NCBI GenBank assembly: GCA_038143065.1
Contig: JAYQLI010000035.1
Span: forward strand, 1,600,894-1,664,893
Length of the DNA: 64,000 nt
Direction of reading: 5' to 3'
Origin: Rhodospirillales bacterium
GTDB taxonomy: Bacteria > Pseudomonadota > Alphaproteobacteria > Bin95
Shown here: piece by piece, positions 43,914 to 54,625 of the stretch
How the letters are laid out: every line of letters starts with the position of its first letter
Position numbering within the stretch: the first letter of the stretch is position 1
Translations under genes and position numbers: made by a program
The notes under the pieces: generated by a model
What the model saw: the letters and a program-made list of their open reading frames with translations, nothing else
Told to the model about the DNA's origin: nothing
Databases searched by the model: none

Positions 43914-45521
43914 ATGGCGGTCTTAGAGACAAGTATTAACCCCGTTCAAAAGCATTTCGCCAAAATGCCAATGAAATGGCTATCCTTGTAGAAGATCTGC
44001 GCAGCAAAGTGGCGAATGTTTCGGCAGGCGGCGGCGAAAAAGCAATGCAGCGACACCTTGAAAGAGGCAAGCTGGCACCCAGGGAGCGAGTACGTAGGCT
44101 CACAGATCCGGGTTCTGCGTTTTTAGAATTTTCTCAACTTGCAGCAGATGGGATGTACAATGGAGAGGCACCGGGTGCGGGAATAATTACAGGCATTGGC
44201 CGAATTATGGGTCGAGAATGCGTCGTTATTTGTAATGATGCGACCGTCAAAGGTGGCACCTACTACGCTATGACCGTTAAAAAACACTTGCGCGCCCAAG
44301 AAATTGCAATCGAAAACCACCTGCCATGTGTTTACCTTGTGGACAGTGGCGGTGCTAATCTACCCGAGCAAGATGAAGTTTTTCCTGACCGCTTTCACTT
44401 TGGTCGCAGCTTCAGAAATCAGGCAGTTATGTCCTCGAAGGGTATACCACAAATAGCTTGCGTAATGGGCTCTTGCACTGCGGGTGGTGCGTATGTGCCA
44501 GCCATGTGCGATGAATCTGTGATTGTTCGTAATCAGGGCACCATCTTCTTAGGGGGGCCTCCTCTCGTGAAGGCTGCAACCGGTGAAGTCGTTACAGCAG
44601 AGGACCTTGGAGGGGCAGATGTGCATGCACGCCGTTCAGGCGTTGTAGATCATTACGCTGCCAATGATGATCATGCTCTAGCAATTGTCAGACGGATCAT
44701 TTCAAACCTCAACCTCCTCAAACCCAGTGGGCCGGAAATTAAAGCTGCAAGAGAACCGCTTTATTCTCCATCAGAACTTTCTGGAGTTGTACCGACAGAT
44801 CTTCGCCAGCCCTACGACCCAAGAGAGGTAATTGCGCGTCTAGTCGATGGCAGTGAGTTTGACGAATTTAAAGCCCTGTACGGCACAACGCTTGTGACCG
44901 GCTTTGCTCGTCTATACGGCATTCCTGTCGGAATTGTTGCAAACAATGGTATACTTTTTTCAGAGAGCGCACTTAAAGGCGCACATTTTATTGAACTTTG
45001 TGGGCAGCGAGGCATCCCTCTAATTTTCTTACAAAACATCACAGGCTTCATGGTAGGTCAAAAATATGAAGCTGGCGGTATAGCGAAAGACGGCGCGAAA
45101 ATGGTCACCGCAGTGGCTACAGCGAATGTTCCAAAACTTACAATAATAATGGGTGGAAGTTTTGGGGCTGGCAATTACGCCATGTGCGGACGATCCTACG
45201 ATCCACGGTTCTTATTTATGTGGCCTAATGCGCGCATTTCAGTGATGGGTGGAGAGCAAGCTGCGAGTGTTTTAGCAACTGTCCGCCGCGATGGTTTAGA
45301 ACGACGTGGTGAGGAGTGGTCCGCAGAAGAAGAAGAGGCTTTTTAAAGCACCTGTCCGCCAGCAGTATGAAGATCAAGGACATCCTTATTACGCTTCTGC
45401 GCGGATATGGGATGATGGGATCATAGACCCTGCTGATAGCCGAAGGGTGCTAGGCCTAGCCCTTTCCGCTGCTCTTAATGCACCTATCGGGGAAACCCGA
45501 TTTGGTGTCTTCCGGATGTAA
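43914..45521 (+). CDS. liuB: 3-methylcrotonyl-CoA carboxylase carboxyltransferase (beta) subunit; frameshifts at ~43941 and ~45342
   Basis: [67 protein letters not shown]. Confidence 0.9.
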
Positions 45522-45525
45522 TACG

Positions 45526-47513
45526 ATGATAAAGCGCCTTTTAATCGCCAACCGAGGCGAAATTGCCTGCCGCATAATTCGAACTTCCCGTGCAATGGGC
45601 ATTCAAACCATAGCCGTCTATTCTGAAGCTGATGCCAATGCCATGCATGTGAAGATGGCAGATACAGCACGTTTAATTGGCCCTGCAAGCGCATCTCATA
45701 GCTACCTTGTCATCGAAAAAATAATAGAGGCCGCTAAAGCAGAACAAGCTGACGCCATCCATCCTGGATATGGTTTTCTTTCAGAACGTGCTGCCTTTGC
45801 AGAAGCATGCGCAGCAGCCGGGCTCATTTTTGTTGGCCCGTCATCGGAAGCAATTCGCGCCATGGGTGATAAGGCACGAGCAAAGGCATTAATGGGAAAA
45901 GCAGGCGTGCCGCTTACGCCTGGTTACCACGGAGAAGATCAGGCTGATGAAACGCTTGAAATAGAGGCTCAGAAAATTGGCTTTCCAGTTTTGGTAAAAG
46001 CATCCGCCGGTGGAGGAGGCCGAGGGATGCGCATTGTCAAAAATTCAGAAGACCTCATGCCTGCAATTGATGCCGCAAGACGTGAAGCGACAGCTGCATT
46101 TGGTGATGGCACATTACTATTGGAACGTTATTTAGGCCGCCCACGCCACGTAGAAGTGCAAATTATGGCAGATAAGCATGGGAATGTACTTCATATGCAT
46201 GAGCGTGATTGCTCAATTCAACGACGCCATCAAAAAGTAATTGAGGAAGCGCCTGCCCCCAACCTTTCCAACGAAACTCGTAAACAATTGACGGATGCAG
46301 CGGTAGCGGCCGCAAAAGCGATTAATTACGTGGGGGCTGGAACGTGCGAATTTCTTGTCGACGAGGATGGTAGCCCTTACTTCATCGAAATGAATACAAG
46401 GATCCAAGTAGAACACCCAGTGACAGAGATGATTACTGGTCTTGACTTGATTGAGCTTCAACTTCGTGTCGCATCAGGAGAAAAACTCCCCTAAAACAAG
46501 AGGAGGTTCCTTGTTCTGGGTCAGCGATAGAGGCTCGATTATATGCGGAAGATCCAGAACGCGGCTTCCTTCCACAGACAGGAAGACTTGACGCCTTTAA
46601 AGTTCCAGAAATGCAAGAACGGGTACGGGTTGATACTGGGGTAGAGGCTGGTGACGTCATAACCGTTAATTATGACCCTATGATTGCAAAAGTGATTGCC
46701 TGGGGAGAAACAAGGGAGTTAGCTGCAACGAAACTAGCCGAAGCCCTTGCAAAAACAGAATTATCCGGCGTTTCCACTAATATCGATTTCTTAACTAAAA
46801 CGATAAGCCACCCTGCTTTTAGAGAGGCCGATCTCGACACACATTTTATCGACCGGCACGAGCCAGATTTGATTGGTAGCTCAGGCTCCGCACCAATTGA
46901 TGTCTTGGGAGCAGCTTTGGCACTGATGCTTGAAGAGCAACAAGAAAAAGCACGCGCGATCTCTGTCCCAGGACCGTGGGCCGAGAATGACGGCTTTAGA
47001 ATGAACCAGGACTTGGAGGAATTATTCCAATTCCGCAGCGGCGAAGAAGTTTTAAATTTGGCGATCGCGTGGAGGCAGGCAGGTCACGCTTTAATAGCAG
47101 ACACAGGCGAGGTGCCATTTTCCTACATGAAGCCCAAGAACGGTCAGGGAACATGGTTTGTCATTTGCGGCGAGCGCAGCTTCCAAGCTTATGTATCTCG
47201 GGCTGGGAACACCATAGTCGTGGGATTAGACGGACAGCGATGGTGCATCGAACCTTTAACCTTTGGCGCCATTAACAATATCGATGCAGGCGCAGGCTCT
47301 CTCTCAGCGCCTATGCCAGGTAAAATTGTACGGGTACATGTGACGGCCGGCACAAAAGTTAGGAAAGGTGATCCCCTAGTCGCTCTAGAAGCTATGAAGA
47401 TGGAGCATGTAATAACTGCTCCCAGTGTTGGCATTGTCAGCAACGTGAAATGTGCGATTGGCGATCAAGTAGAGGAAGGTGTAGAACTTGTTGCCTTTGA
47501 GGCTGAAGCATGA
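45526..47513 (+). CDS. liuD: 3-methylcrotonyl-CoA carboxylase biotin-carboxylase/BCCP (alpha) subunit; frameshift at ~46490
   Basis: LIANRGEIA, HPGYGFLSE, GGGGRGMR, ERDCSIQRRHQK, EMNTRIQVEHP, YDPMIAK, biotinyl motif EAMKME. Confidence 0.9.
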
Positions 47514-48090
47514 CTAGACGACTAATTGTCGGGATCTCAGGCGCCTCTGGCGTCATATACGGCGTAAAATTACTTGAACTACTAAAGACTACTGATGTCG
47601 AAACTCATTTGGTGATGACTAAGTCGGCTGAGATCACACTTGCCTATGAAATGGATATGAAGGTTTCCAAGGTGAAGGCATTAGCTACTAAGGTCTACGG
47701 TCCAGATGACATAGCTGCAGCCATCTCATCAGGCTCATTTAAAACAGAAGGAATGGTTGTGGCTCCGTGCTCTATCCGCAGCCTCTCAGAAATTGCTTAC
47801 GGTCAAACAACAAGTCTTCTCACTCGTGCCGCTGACGTTGCTCTAAAAGAAAGAAGGCGAGTTGTTCTCCTTTTACGTGAAACCCCGCTTCATCTGGGAC
47901 ACATAAAAAGCATGGCGGCGGCAACCGAAGCTGGGGCAATCGTTATGCCCCTGTTCCAGCCTTCTACGCGCGTCCTAAAAATATTGACGAAATGGTTGAG
48001 CACACCGTTGGACGATCACTCGATCTCTTTGGAATTGAGACTGGCAGCGTCCGTCGTTGGGGAGAGGACGTCGGCAAAGGCGCCGGATAA
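47510..48090 (+). CDS. ubiX: Flavin prenyltransferase UbiX/Pad1 family; frameshift in the C-run at ~47949
   Basis: IVGISGASG, SSGS, APCS, RAADVALKERR, RETP; the corrected frame reads MPPVPAFYARP..HTVGRSLDLFG..RRWG to TAA 48090. Confidence 0.9.
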
Positions 48091-48153
48091 GTACTTCTCG
48101 TTGTCCATGTGTTTCGATTATGCTGAAACGCAGCACATGGGAGCAAATAGCTT

Positions 48154-49869
48154 ATGCAATTTGACTACATAATCGTTGGGGGTGGATCTGCAGGTTCAAC
48201 ACTAGCAAATCGGCTCTCCGCCCGAAGCAACATTAAGGTTTTGTTACTGGAGGCAGGTGAGGACACTCCTCCAGGAGCAGAACCAGAAGAAATTTTGGAT
48301 AGCTACCCAGGCCGCGCCTATCTGAACAGCCGGTTCATTTGGAATGACCTACAGGTTACGACCGAAAATATTGCGCACAACCAACCTGACGCGCCAAAGC
48401 CACCTCTAAGAAAATATGAGCAAGCGCGCGTTCTTGGAGGAGGCTCTGCAATCAATGGCCAAATGGCGAATAGAGGGGCACCATCAGACTACAACGAATG
48501 GGAGGCCCGCGGCGCAAAAGGCTGGAATTGGGATTCCGTGCTGCCATTTTTCAAAAAAATCGAACACGATCTTGATTTTGATAATGAATGGCATGGTCAA
48601 GATGGCCATATTCCCGTTCGCCGCATCCCAGAAAACCAATGGAGCGGGCACGGGAAAGCCGTAGCTGCGGCATTTGCTGCCGCCGGATATGATTACCTTC
48701 CTGACCAAAATGGTGAGTTTAGGGATGGCTATTTTCCAATCACTATCTCCAATGCCAATGAAAAACGCGTTTCAGCAGCAATAGGGTATTTAAGTGCTGA
48801 TGTGCGAAAACGACCTAATTTAGAAATCTTCACGCGCACATCCGTTACCCAGCTACTATTCGAAGGACGGCGGTGTGTTGGTGTCTCTGCAATAGTAGAG
48901 GGAAAACAGCAGGAATTCCGTGGACGAGAGGTTATCTTGTCTTCTGGCGCCATTCACTCGCCCTCTCATCTGATGCGGGCGGGTATTGGCCCTGCGGGAC
49001 ATCTGAGAGATCTGGGAATTGAAGTGCTGCAACCGCTGGAAGGAGTAGGCAATCAATTAATGGATCACCCATCGGTTGCCTTAGCCGCCTTCATCAAACC
49101 TAATGCGCGTCGCATCAAGGGCGTAAATGCTACAGGCAGGCATTTACTAGTTGGGCTGCGCTATACTTCTTCGCTTCCTGATGTTCCACAAGGCGATATG
49201 TTCGTTGCGGTTGCTCATAAATCCGGATGGCATGCAGTCGGCGAACAAATTGCCTCAAAAATTCTCTTTGTTAATAAAACTTACTCAGAGACGGGTTATG
49301 TCCGCCTTAAAAGTAACAATTGGCAAACCGAACCAGATGTAGCCTTCAATCTTCTCTCTGACAGTCGTGCCCTTGAAAGACTTAAAGAGGGCGTTCGAAA
49401 GATGTTTGCCATCTACGCTATGGAAGAATTGAAAGCGGTTACGTCAGATCCATTCCCTGCAAGTTGGGGTGACAAGGTTCGTCAAATTAGTGCCGTAACG
49501 ACCAAGAATAAATTCATGACCCGTATTGCCTCTTTGATCATGGATGGCCCTGCCCCACTCCGCCGTTGGTTTCTGCATACCTATGTCATGGAAGGTGTAA
49601 CTATGCAGGATGTTCTTCAAGACGAAGCACAGTTAGAAAATTTCATCAAAACAACGACGGTGGGTGTCTGGCACGCGTCTTGCACATGCCGGATGGGAGA
49701 GGACAGTGACCCCATGGCAGTTACAGACAACGAAGGACGTGTCCGAGGGATTGAAGGGTTGCGCGTATGCGACGCCAGCCTTTTTCCCGTTGTGCCGTGC
49801 GCCAACACCAATTTTCCCACAATCATGACGGCTGAAAAAATTTCAGAGACTATTTTATCAAAAAGATAA
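48154..49869 (+). CDS. GMC-family FAD oxidoreductase, HmfH/HMF-oxidase-like
   Basis: GGGSAG, EAGEDTPP..EILDSYP, YEQARVLGGGS, DQNGEFRDGYFP, GWHAVG, GVWHASCTCRMG (catalytic His), ANTNFPT (His/Asn pair). Confidence 0.88.
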   Translation: MQFDYIIVGGGSAGSTLANRLSARSNIKVLLLEAGEDTPPGAEPEEILDSYPGRAYLNSRFIWNDLQVTTENIAHNQPDAPKPPLRKYEQARVLGGGSAINGQMANRGAPSDYNEWEARGAKGWNWDSVLPFFKKIEHDLDFDNEWHGQDGHIPVRRIPENQWSGHGKAVAAAFAAAGYDYLPDQNGEFRDGYFPITISNANEKRVSAAIGYLSADVRKRPNLEIFTRTSVTQLLFEGRRCVGVSAIVEGKQQEFRGREVILSSGAIHSPSHLMRAGIGPAGHLRDLGIEVLQPLEGVGNQLMDHPSVALAAFIKPNARRIKGVNATGRHLLVGLRYTSSLPDVPQGDMFVAVAHKSGWHAVGEQIASKILFVNKTYSETGYVRLKSNNWQTEPDVAFNLLSDSRALERLKEGVRKMFAIYAMEELKAVTSDPFPASWGDKVRQISAVTTKNKFMTRIASLIMDGPAPLRRWFLHTYVMEGVTMQDVLQDEAQLENFIKTTTVGVWHASCTCRMGEDSDPMAVTDNEGRVRGIEGLRVCDASLFPVVPCANTNFPTIMTAEKISETILSKR

Positions 49870-49963
49870 ATAGCTTGAATTTCATACTCCGACGATAATT
49901 TCACGTTCAGCGCGCCTGATTGCCTGCAACTGCTGTAATTTATTGGGGTATAGAGCCAGTAAA

Positions 49964-51178
49964 TTATTGCGCTGGGACTAGATCAGGAGCTTTGGCCTCA
50001 CTGATAGGCCAATGAATTATTGCAGCAAAAATTCCTAAAACAGCTCCCATCCACCAAACCACGTCGTAGGACCCAGTGTAATCAAAAACCAGGCCACCAA
50101 GGTAAACCCCCGTAAAAGCGCCTACCTGGTGCCCAAGAAATACGAATCCAAAAAGCATACTCATGTATTGGGTACCAAACATACTTGCTACTACCGCTCC
50201 AGTGAGAGGAACTGTCGAAAGCCAAAAAAGACCCATGAAAGCGCAAAAGGCGTAGATTGTAATCTCACTAACTGGAGCCAACATAAGCCCAGAAATTGCA
50301 AAGAAGCGACCAATATAAATAAAAGTTAGCAATCTGGGCTTGTCTGTCTTTCCACCTAGAACTCCTGCCAGATAGGCTCCCAATATATTCACCACGCCTA
50401 CTAACATCAGAGCGTGCGCTCCAGTTCCTTCACGCAACCCTAAATCACTTACATATGCAGGAAGGTGAGTGCCGATAAACGACACGTGAAAACCACAAAC
50501 AAAGAAACCAATGATTAACAACACATAAGACCGGTGGCGAAAAGCCTGTTTTAACGCCTGACGAACGGTCAAGTTTGCGACCGCAGCAATCGTTAGACTG
50601 TCCTGGCGCCTACCACTCAATGGGACAGCTGCCAACAGAACTACTGAAGTCAAAAGGCCCAACATAAGGTATCCCCCCGACCAGCCAAACGTTTCAAGAA
50701 AAAATTGGGCCACCGGAAGAATTAGCAGCATTCCAGCAGAACCTCCCATAACAGCAACGCCCAATGCCCAACTACGTCTTTCCTCCGGCACCAGTTGAGC
50801 AACTGCGCCCATGGCAATAGCTTGTCCACATCCCGCTTGCGCCATACCAACCATCAATCCTGCCGTCAGCGTAAAGCTCACTGGGTCGGAACTTAATGAC
50901 ATCAATATTAGGCCCAATGCATAAAGCAAAGCACCTCCTACAATTACGCGGGAAGGACCAAACTTGTCCGCTAAGCCACCAAAAATTGGAGCAAATACTC
51001 CAACCATCAATGCTTGAACCGCTATTGCAAGGCCAAATTCTGCCCTACCCCAACCCACGTCTGACAACATCGGAACTTGATAAAGCGGTATCGAAACGCG
51101 AATACCGTTTGCGATCAAAACTGCAAGAGCGGCGGCACCTACAACCACCAAAATAGGCCAGCCATTTGTGCACTTCAT
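49964..51178 (-). CDS. MFS transporter
   Basis: 12 TM pattern, GGLADKFG motif A, GFFVCGFHV..HLPAY, HQVGAFTG. Confidence 0.9.
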   Translation of the reverse strand: MKCTNGWPILVVVGAAALAVLIANGIRVSIPLYQVPMLSDVGWGRAEFGLAIAVQALMVGVFAPIFGGLADKFGPSRVIVGGALLYALGLILMSLSSDPVSFTLTAGLMVGMAQAGCGQAIAMGAVAQLVPEERRSWALGVAVMGGSAGMLLILPVAQFFLETFGWSGGYLMLGLLTSVVLLAAVPLSGRRQDSLTIAAVANLTVRQALKQAFRHRSYVLLIIGFFVCGFHVSFIGTHLPAYVSDLGLREGTGAHALMLVGVVNILGAYLAGVLGGKTDKPRLLTFIYIGRFFAISGLMLAPVSEITIYAFCAFMGLFWLSTVPLTGAVVASMFGTQYMSMLFGFVFLGHQVGAFTGVYLGGLVFDYTGSYDVVWWMGAVLGIFAAIIHWPISEAKAPDLVPAQ

Positions 51179-51288
51179 TTTTGCCTCGCAAAGCTAATAT
51201 TAATCCAGGAAACGATGAGAAAAGTTTTCAGTTATCAAGTGTAATGCTAAAAAACTCTCTACAACAGGTGATTAGAGACAAGTGTATT

Positions 51289-51967
51289 TTATTCAGAGTA
51301 AATCATTTTCCTAGACATACCGCCATCGACTACAATGGTCTCGCCAGTCACAAAATCAGCACCAGCGAGATATAGAACAGAATTAGCTATATCAGCCACC
51401 TGCCCTACACGACCAACTGGATGCTGCTCATGGTCCGCTTGTATCAACCCTTCAGCGTCTGAGATCCAACCTGGAGCAATAGCGTTACATCGAATTTGAG
51501 GCCCCAGGCTGATAGCAAGGGCATGAGTTAAAGCAACAAGCCCTCCTTTGGCTGCCGCGTAGGCTTCTGTATTAGCTTCGGACATAAACGCCCTGGTAGA
51601 TGTAATATTTATGATAGAACTATTTTCATTCATTAGTGGCACAGCAGCACGGGTCATCAGAAACGCACCTGTCAGATGGCTATCGATAAAACTCTGCCAA
51701 TCTGAAAGAGCAAGATCCTCAATAGGCCCCATATGAGCGCCTTTGCGCCCTGCGCAATTCACTAAAAGATCCAGACTATCCCAACTAAGCCTCTCAAATG
51801 CAGATCTAACTGAGACTTCATCAGCTACATCACAAGCTATAGAAGACTGTTCATGAGACTTAGAGTTCAGGTCAAATGCACACACCCGCCAACCAGACTT
51901 GGCGTAATACATTAACGATCCCACTGCCAATAAGACCCTCGCCACCAGTTACTATGGCGCGCTTCAA
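51289..51967 (-). CDS. Classical SDR oxidoreductase; frameshift at ~51902
   Basis: Upstream frame MKRAIVTGGEGLIG (TTG start overlapping the previous TGA), LVNCAG, YAAAKGG, NAIAPGWI, HPVGRVG, VDGG. Confidence 0.85.
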
Positions 51968-52415
51968 GAGTAGTAAATCACGACGGTCTCTGCGACCATT
52001 GCAGGACGATCTTGTCCTTCAATTTCAATTACACTCTCCGCTATTATTCGTACCCCATTGTTCGGCATATCGTCGGCCGCCTGAAGACTTTGACGCAATC
52101 GAACGCGTGAACCTGCGGGAACCATGTTAGTGAATCTCACCTTGTTACAACCGTAGTTTATGGCGTTCGTCATTTTTTCCACTGTAAAAACTGGCAGACC
52201 AGCAACCATCGACAAGGTTAAAAATCCATGAGCAATTGTTGACTTGGTAGGCAATTCCTTTTGTGCCCTTGCCTCATCGAGGTGGATCCATTGAAAGTCC
52301 CCGTAGCCTCAGCAAATGTATTGATACGTTCTTGGGTGACATCGACCCAGTCACTTACACCCAATTCTTGACCAATAAGGTCTTTAAATTCAGCTGGATG
52401 GGAAATAACGCGCAT
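51964..52415 (-). CDS. MaoC/NodN-like dehydratase; frameshift at ~52300
   Basis: GQELGVSDW..TQERINTFAEATGD-QWIH, TIAHGFLTLS, INYGCNKVRF. Confidence 0.85.
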
Positions 52416-52456
52416 AGGTCCTCCAATTCGGTGGTAAATTTCTAATAAGCTCGAAC

Positions 52457-53629
52457 CTACTTGTAAGGATCCGCCGCATCACGCAGCCCATCACCAAGAA
52501 AGTTGAAAGCTAAAATTGTTAAAATCACGGGAACAACAGGAAGCATAAGCCACGGATACAGCGCAACTACATTAATATTCTGAGCTTCTGCCAAAAGCAC
52601 GCCCCAGGACGTAATCGGAGGCCGAAGACCAAGACCCAAAAATGAGAGGGCCGTCTCACCTAAAATCATACTCGGCACCGAAAGAGTGGCAGATGCGATC
52701 AAATGGCTAGAGAAACTTGGAAGCAGATGCCTCCCAATCACACGACTAGGTGAAGCCCCCATAAGTTGTGCTGCTTGGCAAAAATCTTCTTCACGAAGCG
52801 CTAAAAGTTTTGACCTAACAGCACGAGCTAAGCCCGTCCAATCTAAAAGCCCTAAAATAATAGTGATACCAAAATAAATCAGAATAGGAGACCAGGTGAT
52901 TGGTAGCGCTGCAGATAAGGCCATCCATAAGGGCAATTCGGGAAATGACCTCACCACCTCAATCATCCGCTGTACTGAGCTATCAACCCATCCACCGTAA
53001 TAGCCAGCTAAACCTCCCAACGTTATGCCTATTGCAAAGCTAATAATAATGCCGAAGAGACCAACTGTTAGAGAAATACGAGCTCCATAAACAATGCGAC
53101 TAAAAACATCGCGCCCCAAGCGGTCTGTACCAAGGAGAAATAAATTTCCATCTTTTGCTGGGCAAACAAAGTGAAACGAAGCTTTAAAAAGACCAAAATA
53201 ACTGTATTCGTCGCCCGAGCAAAAAAAACGGATTGGCTGTGGCCGAGATTTATCCTCAGAATAAATCCGCTGCATTTTTTTTAGATCAAGCTCTTTATTG
53301 TAGGCGTAAACAAAGGGGCCCAAGAATTCCCCTTCATGGAAAAAATGTATCTCCTGTGGTGGAGCGAACAACGCTTGGGTATTTCTGGTTTCCAGTGCGT
53401 ATGGCGCAACAGTCTCCGCAATAACAGCCATAAAATACATCAGCAGCAGAAATACTCCTGAAACTACTGCTAATTTATGACGCTTAAGCTTCCACCATAT
53501 GAGTTGCCATTGCGTTGCAAGATAATATCGTTCCTGCTCCGGCGTCAGTGCTTCAACTGAGTAGGGATCAAAGGGTTCTTTTGAGACATAATGCTCAAGC
53601 CGGTCTGCTGAGGTAGGAACTTTAGTCAT
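52457..53629 (-). CDS. ABC transporter permease (OppC/DppC family)
   Basis: LLGTDRLGRDVFSR, EEDFCQAAQLMGAS (EAA), ETALSFLGLG, FLGDGLRDAADPY. Confidence 0.93.
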   Translation of the reverse strand: MTKVPTSADRLEHYVSKEPFDPYSVEALTPEQERYYLATQWQLIWWKLKRHKLAVVSGVFLLLMYFMAVIAETVAPYALETRNTQALFAPPQEIHFFHEGEFLGPFVYAYNKELDLKKMQRIYSEDKSRPQPIRFFCSGDEYSYFGLFKASFHFVCPAKDGNLFLLGTDRLGRDVFSRIVYGARISLTVGLFGIIISFAIGITLGGLAGYYGGWVDSSVQRMIEVVRSFPELPLWMALSAALPITWSPILIYFGITIILGLLDWTGLARAVRSKLLALREEDFCQAAQLMGASPSRVIGRHLLPSFSSHLIASATLSVPSMILGETALSFLGLGLRPPITSWGVLLAEAQNINVVALYPWLMLPVVPVILTILAFNFLGDGLRDAADPYK

Positions 53630-54624
53630 TTGTCGTTCCCAGCACCTAGCCTGATGCGCGGATCAAGGGCTGCCAAGGCAATATCAGAGATTAAAACTCC
53701 AACTACCGTAAGCATTGCCAGAAACATGAGAAAGGAGCCAGCAAGGTACATGTCTTGACTTTGCAGTGCCTCAATTAGCATTGGCCCAGTTGTTGGTAAG
53801 GAAAGTACCATTGAAACGACGGCTGCACCGGACACTACTTGTGGTAGGAGATTGCCAATATCTGCAATAAATGGGTTCAAGGCCATTCTAAGGGGATATT
53901 TAATAAGGGCGCGCGTTGGCGTTAAACCCTTCGCGCGAGCAGTTGTCACATACTGCTTTTGAAGTTCGTCTAATAGATTTGCCCGCAGGCGACGGATCAT
54001 ACCTGCCGTACCTGAAGTACCGATTACAATGACTGGAACCCATAAGTGCTCTAGCACTGAAATAAATTTTCCATAACTTAAAGGCTGATCGATATACTGA
54101 GGGTCCATCAAACCGCCAATGGATATGCCAAAGTGGGCCTTTGCCAAATACATCATGACCAGAGCAAGTAAAAAGTTTGGCGTAGCTAATCCCAAAAAAC
54201 CAATAAAAGTTAGGGCATGGTCTCCAGGACTGTATTGATTGACCGCAGAATAAACCCCAATGGGGAACGCCATTGCCCAAGTAAATATTATTGTAGCAAA
54301 AGATAACACAAAGGATAAAAACAGCCGGTCGCCAACTACCTCTGAAACCGGGAGATCGTATTCAAAAGAATACCCAAAGTCGCCTTGCAGCATGCCCAAA
54401 AGCCAAACGCCATATTGCTCCCAGAGTGGCTTATTAAGACCATACTGCTCTCGCAAAAATTCAATTTTTGCTATGTTAGTGTCTTGGCCCTGCGCTTGAA
54501 GTTCTGCAATCTGGGTTGTCAAAAAATCACCCGGAGGAAGTTGGATGATGACAAAAACGAGCACGCTTATTGCGAGAAGCGTCGGGATCATAACCATCAA
54601 TCGGTAAGCTATATATTTCAGCAT
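53626..54624 (-). CDS. ABC transporter permease (OppB/DppB family)
   Basis: IIQLPPGDFL, GDFGYS, YVTTARAKGL, QDMYLAG, LDPRIR. Confidence 0.93.
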   Translation of the reverse strand: MLKYIAYRLMVMIPTLLAISVLVFVIIQLPPGDFLTTQIAELQAQGQDTNIAKIEFLREQYGLNKPLWEQYGVWLLGMLQGDFGYSFEYDLPVSEVVGDRLFLSFVLSFATIIFTWAMAFPIGVYSAVNQYSPGDHALTFIGFLGLATPNFLLALVMMYLAKAHFGISIGGLMDPQYIDQPLSYGKFISVLEHLWVPVIVIGTSGTAGMIRRLRANLLDELQKQYVTTARAKGLTPTRALIKYPLRMALNPFIADIGNLLPQVVSGAAVVSMVLSLPTTGPMLIEALQSQDMYLAGSFLMFLAMLTVVGVLISDIALAALDPRIRLGAGNDK

Positions 54625-54625
54625 A

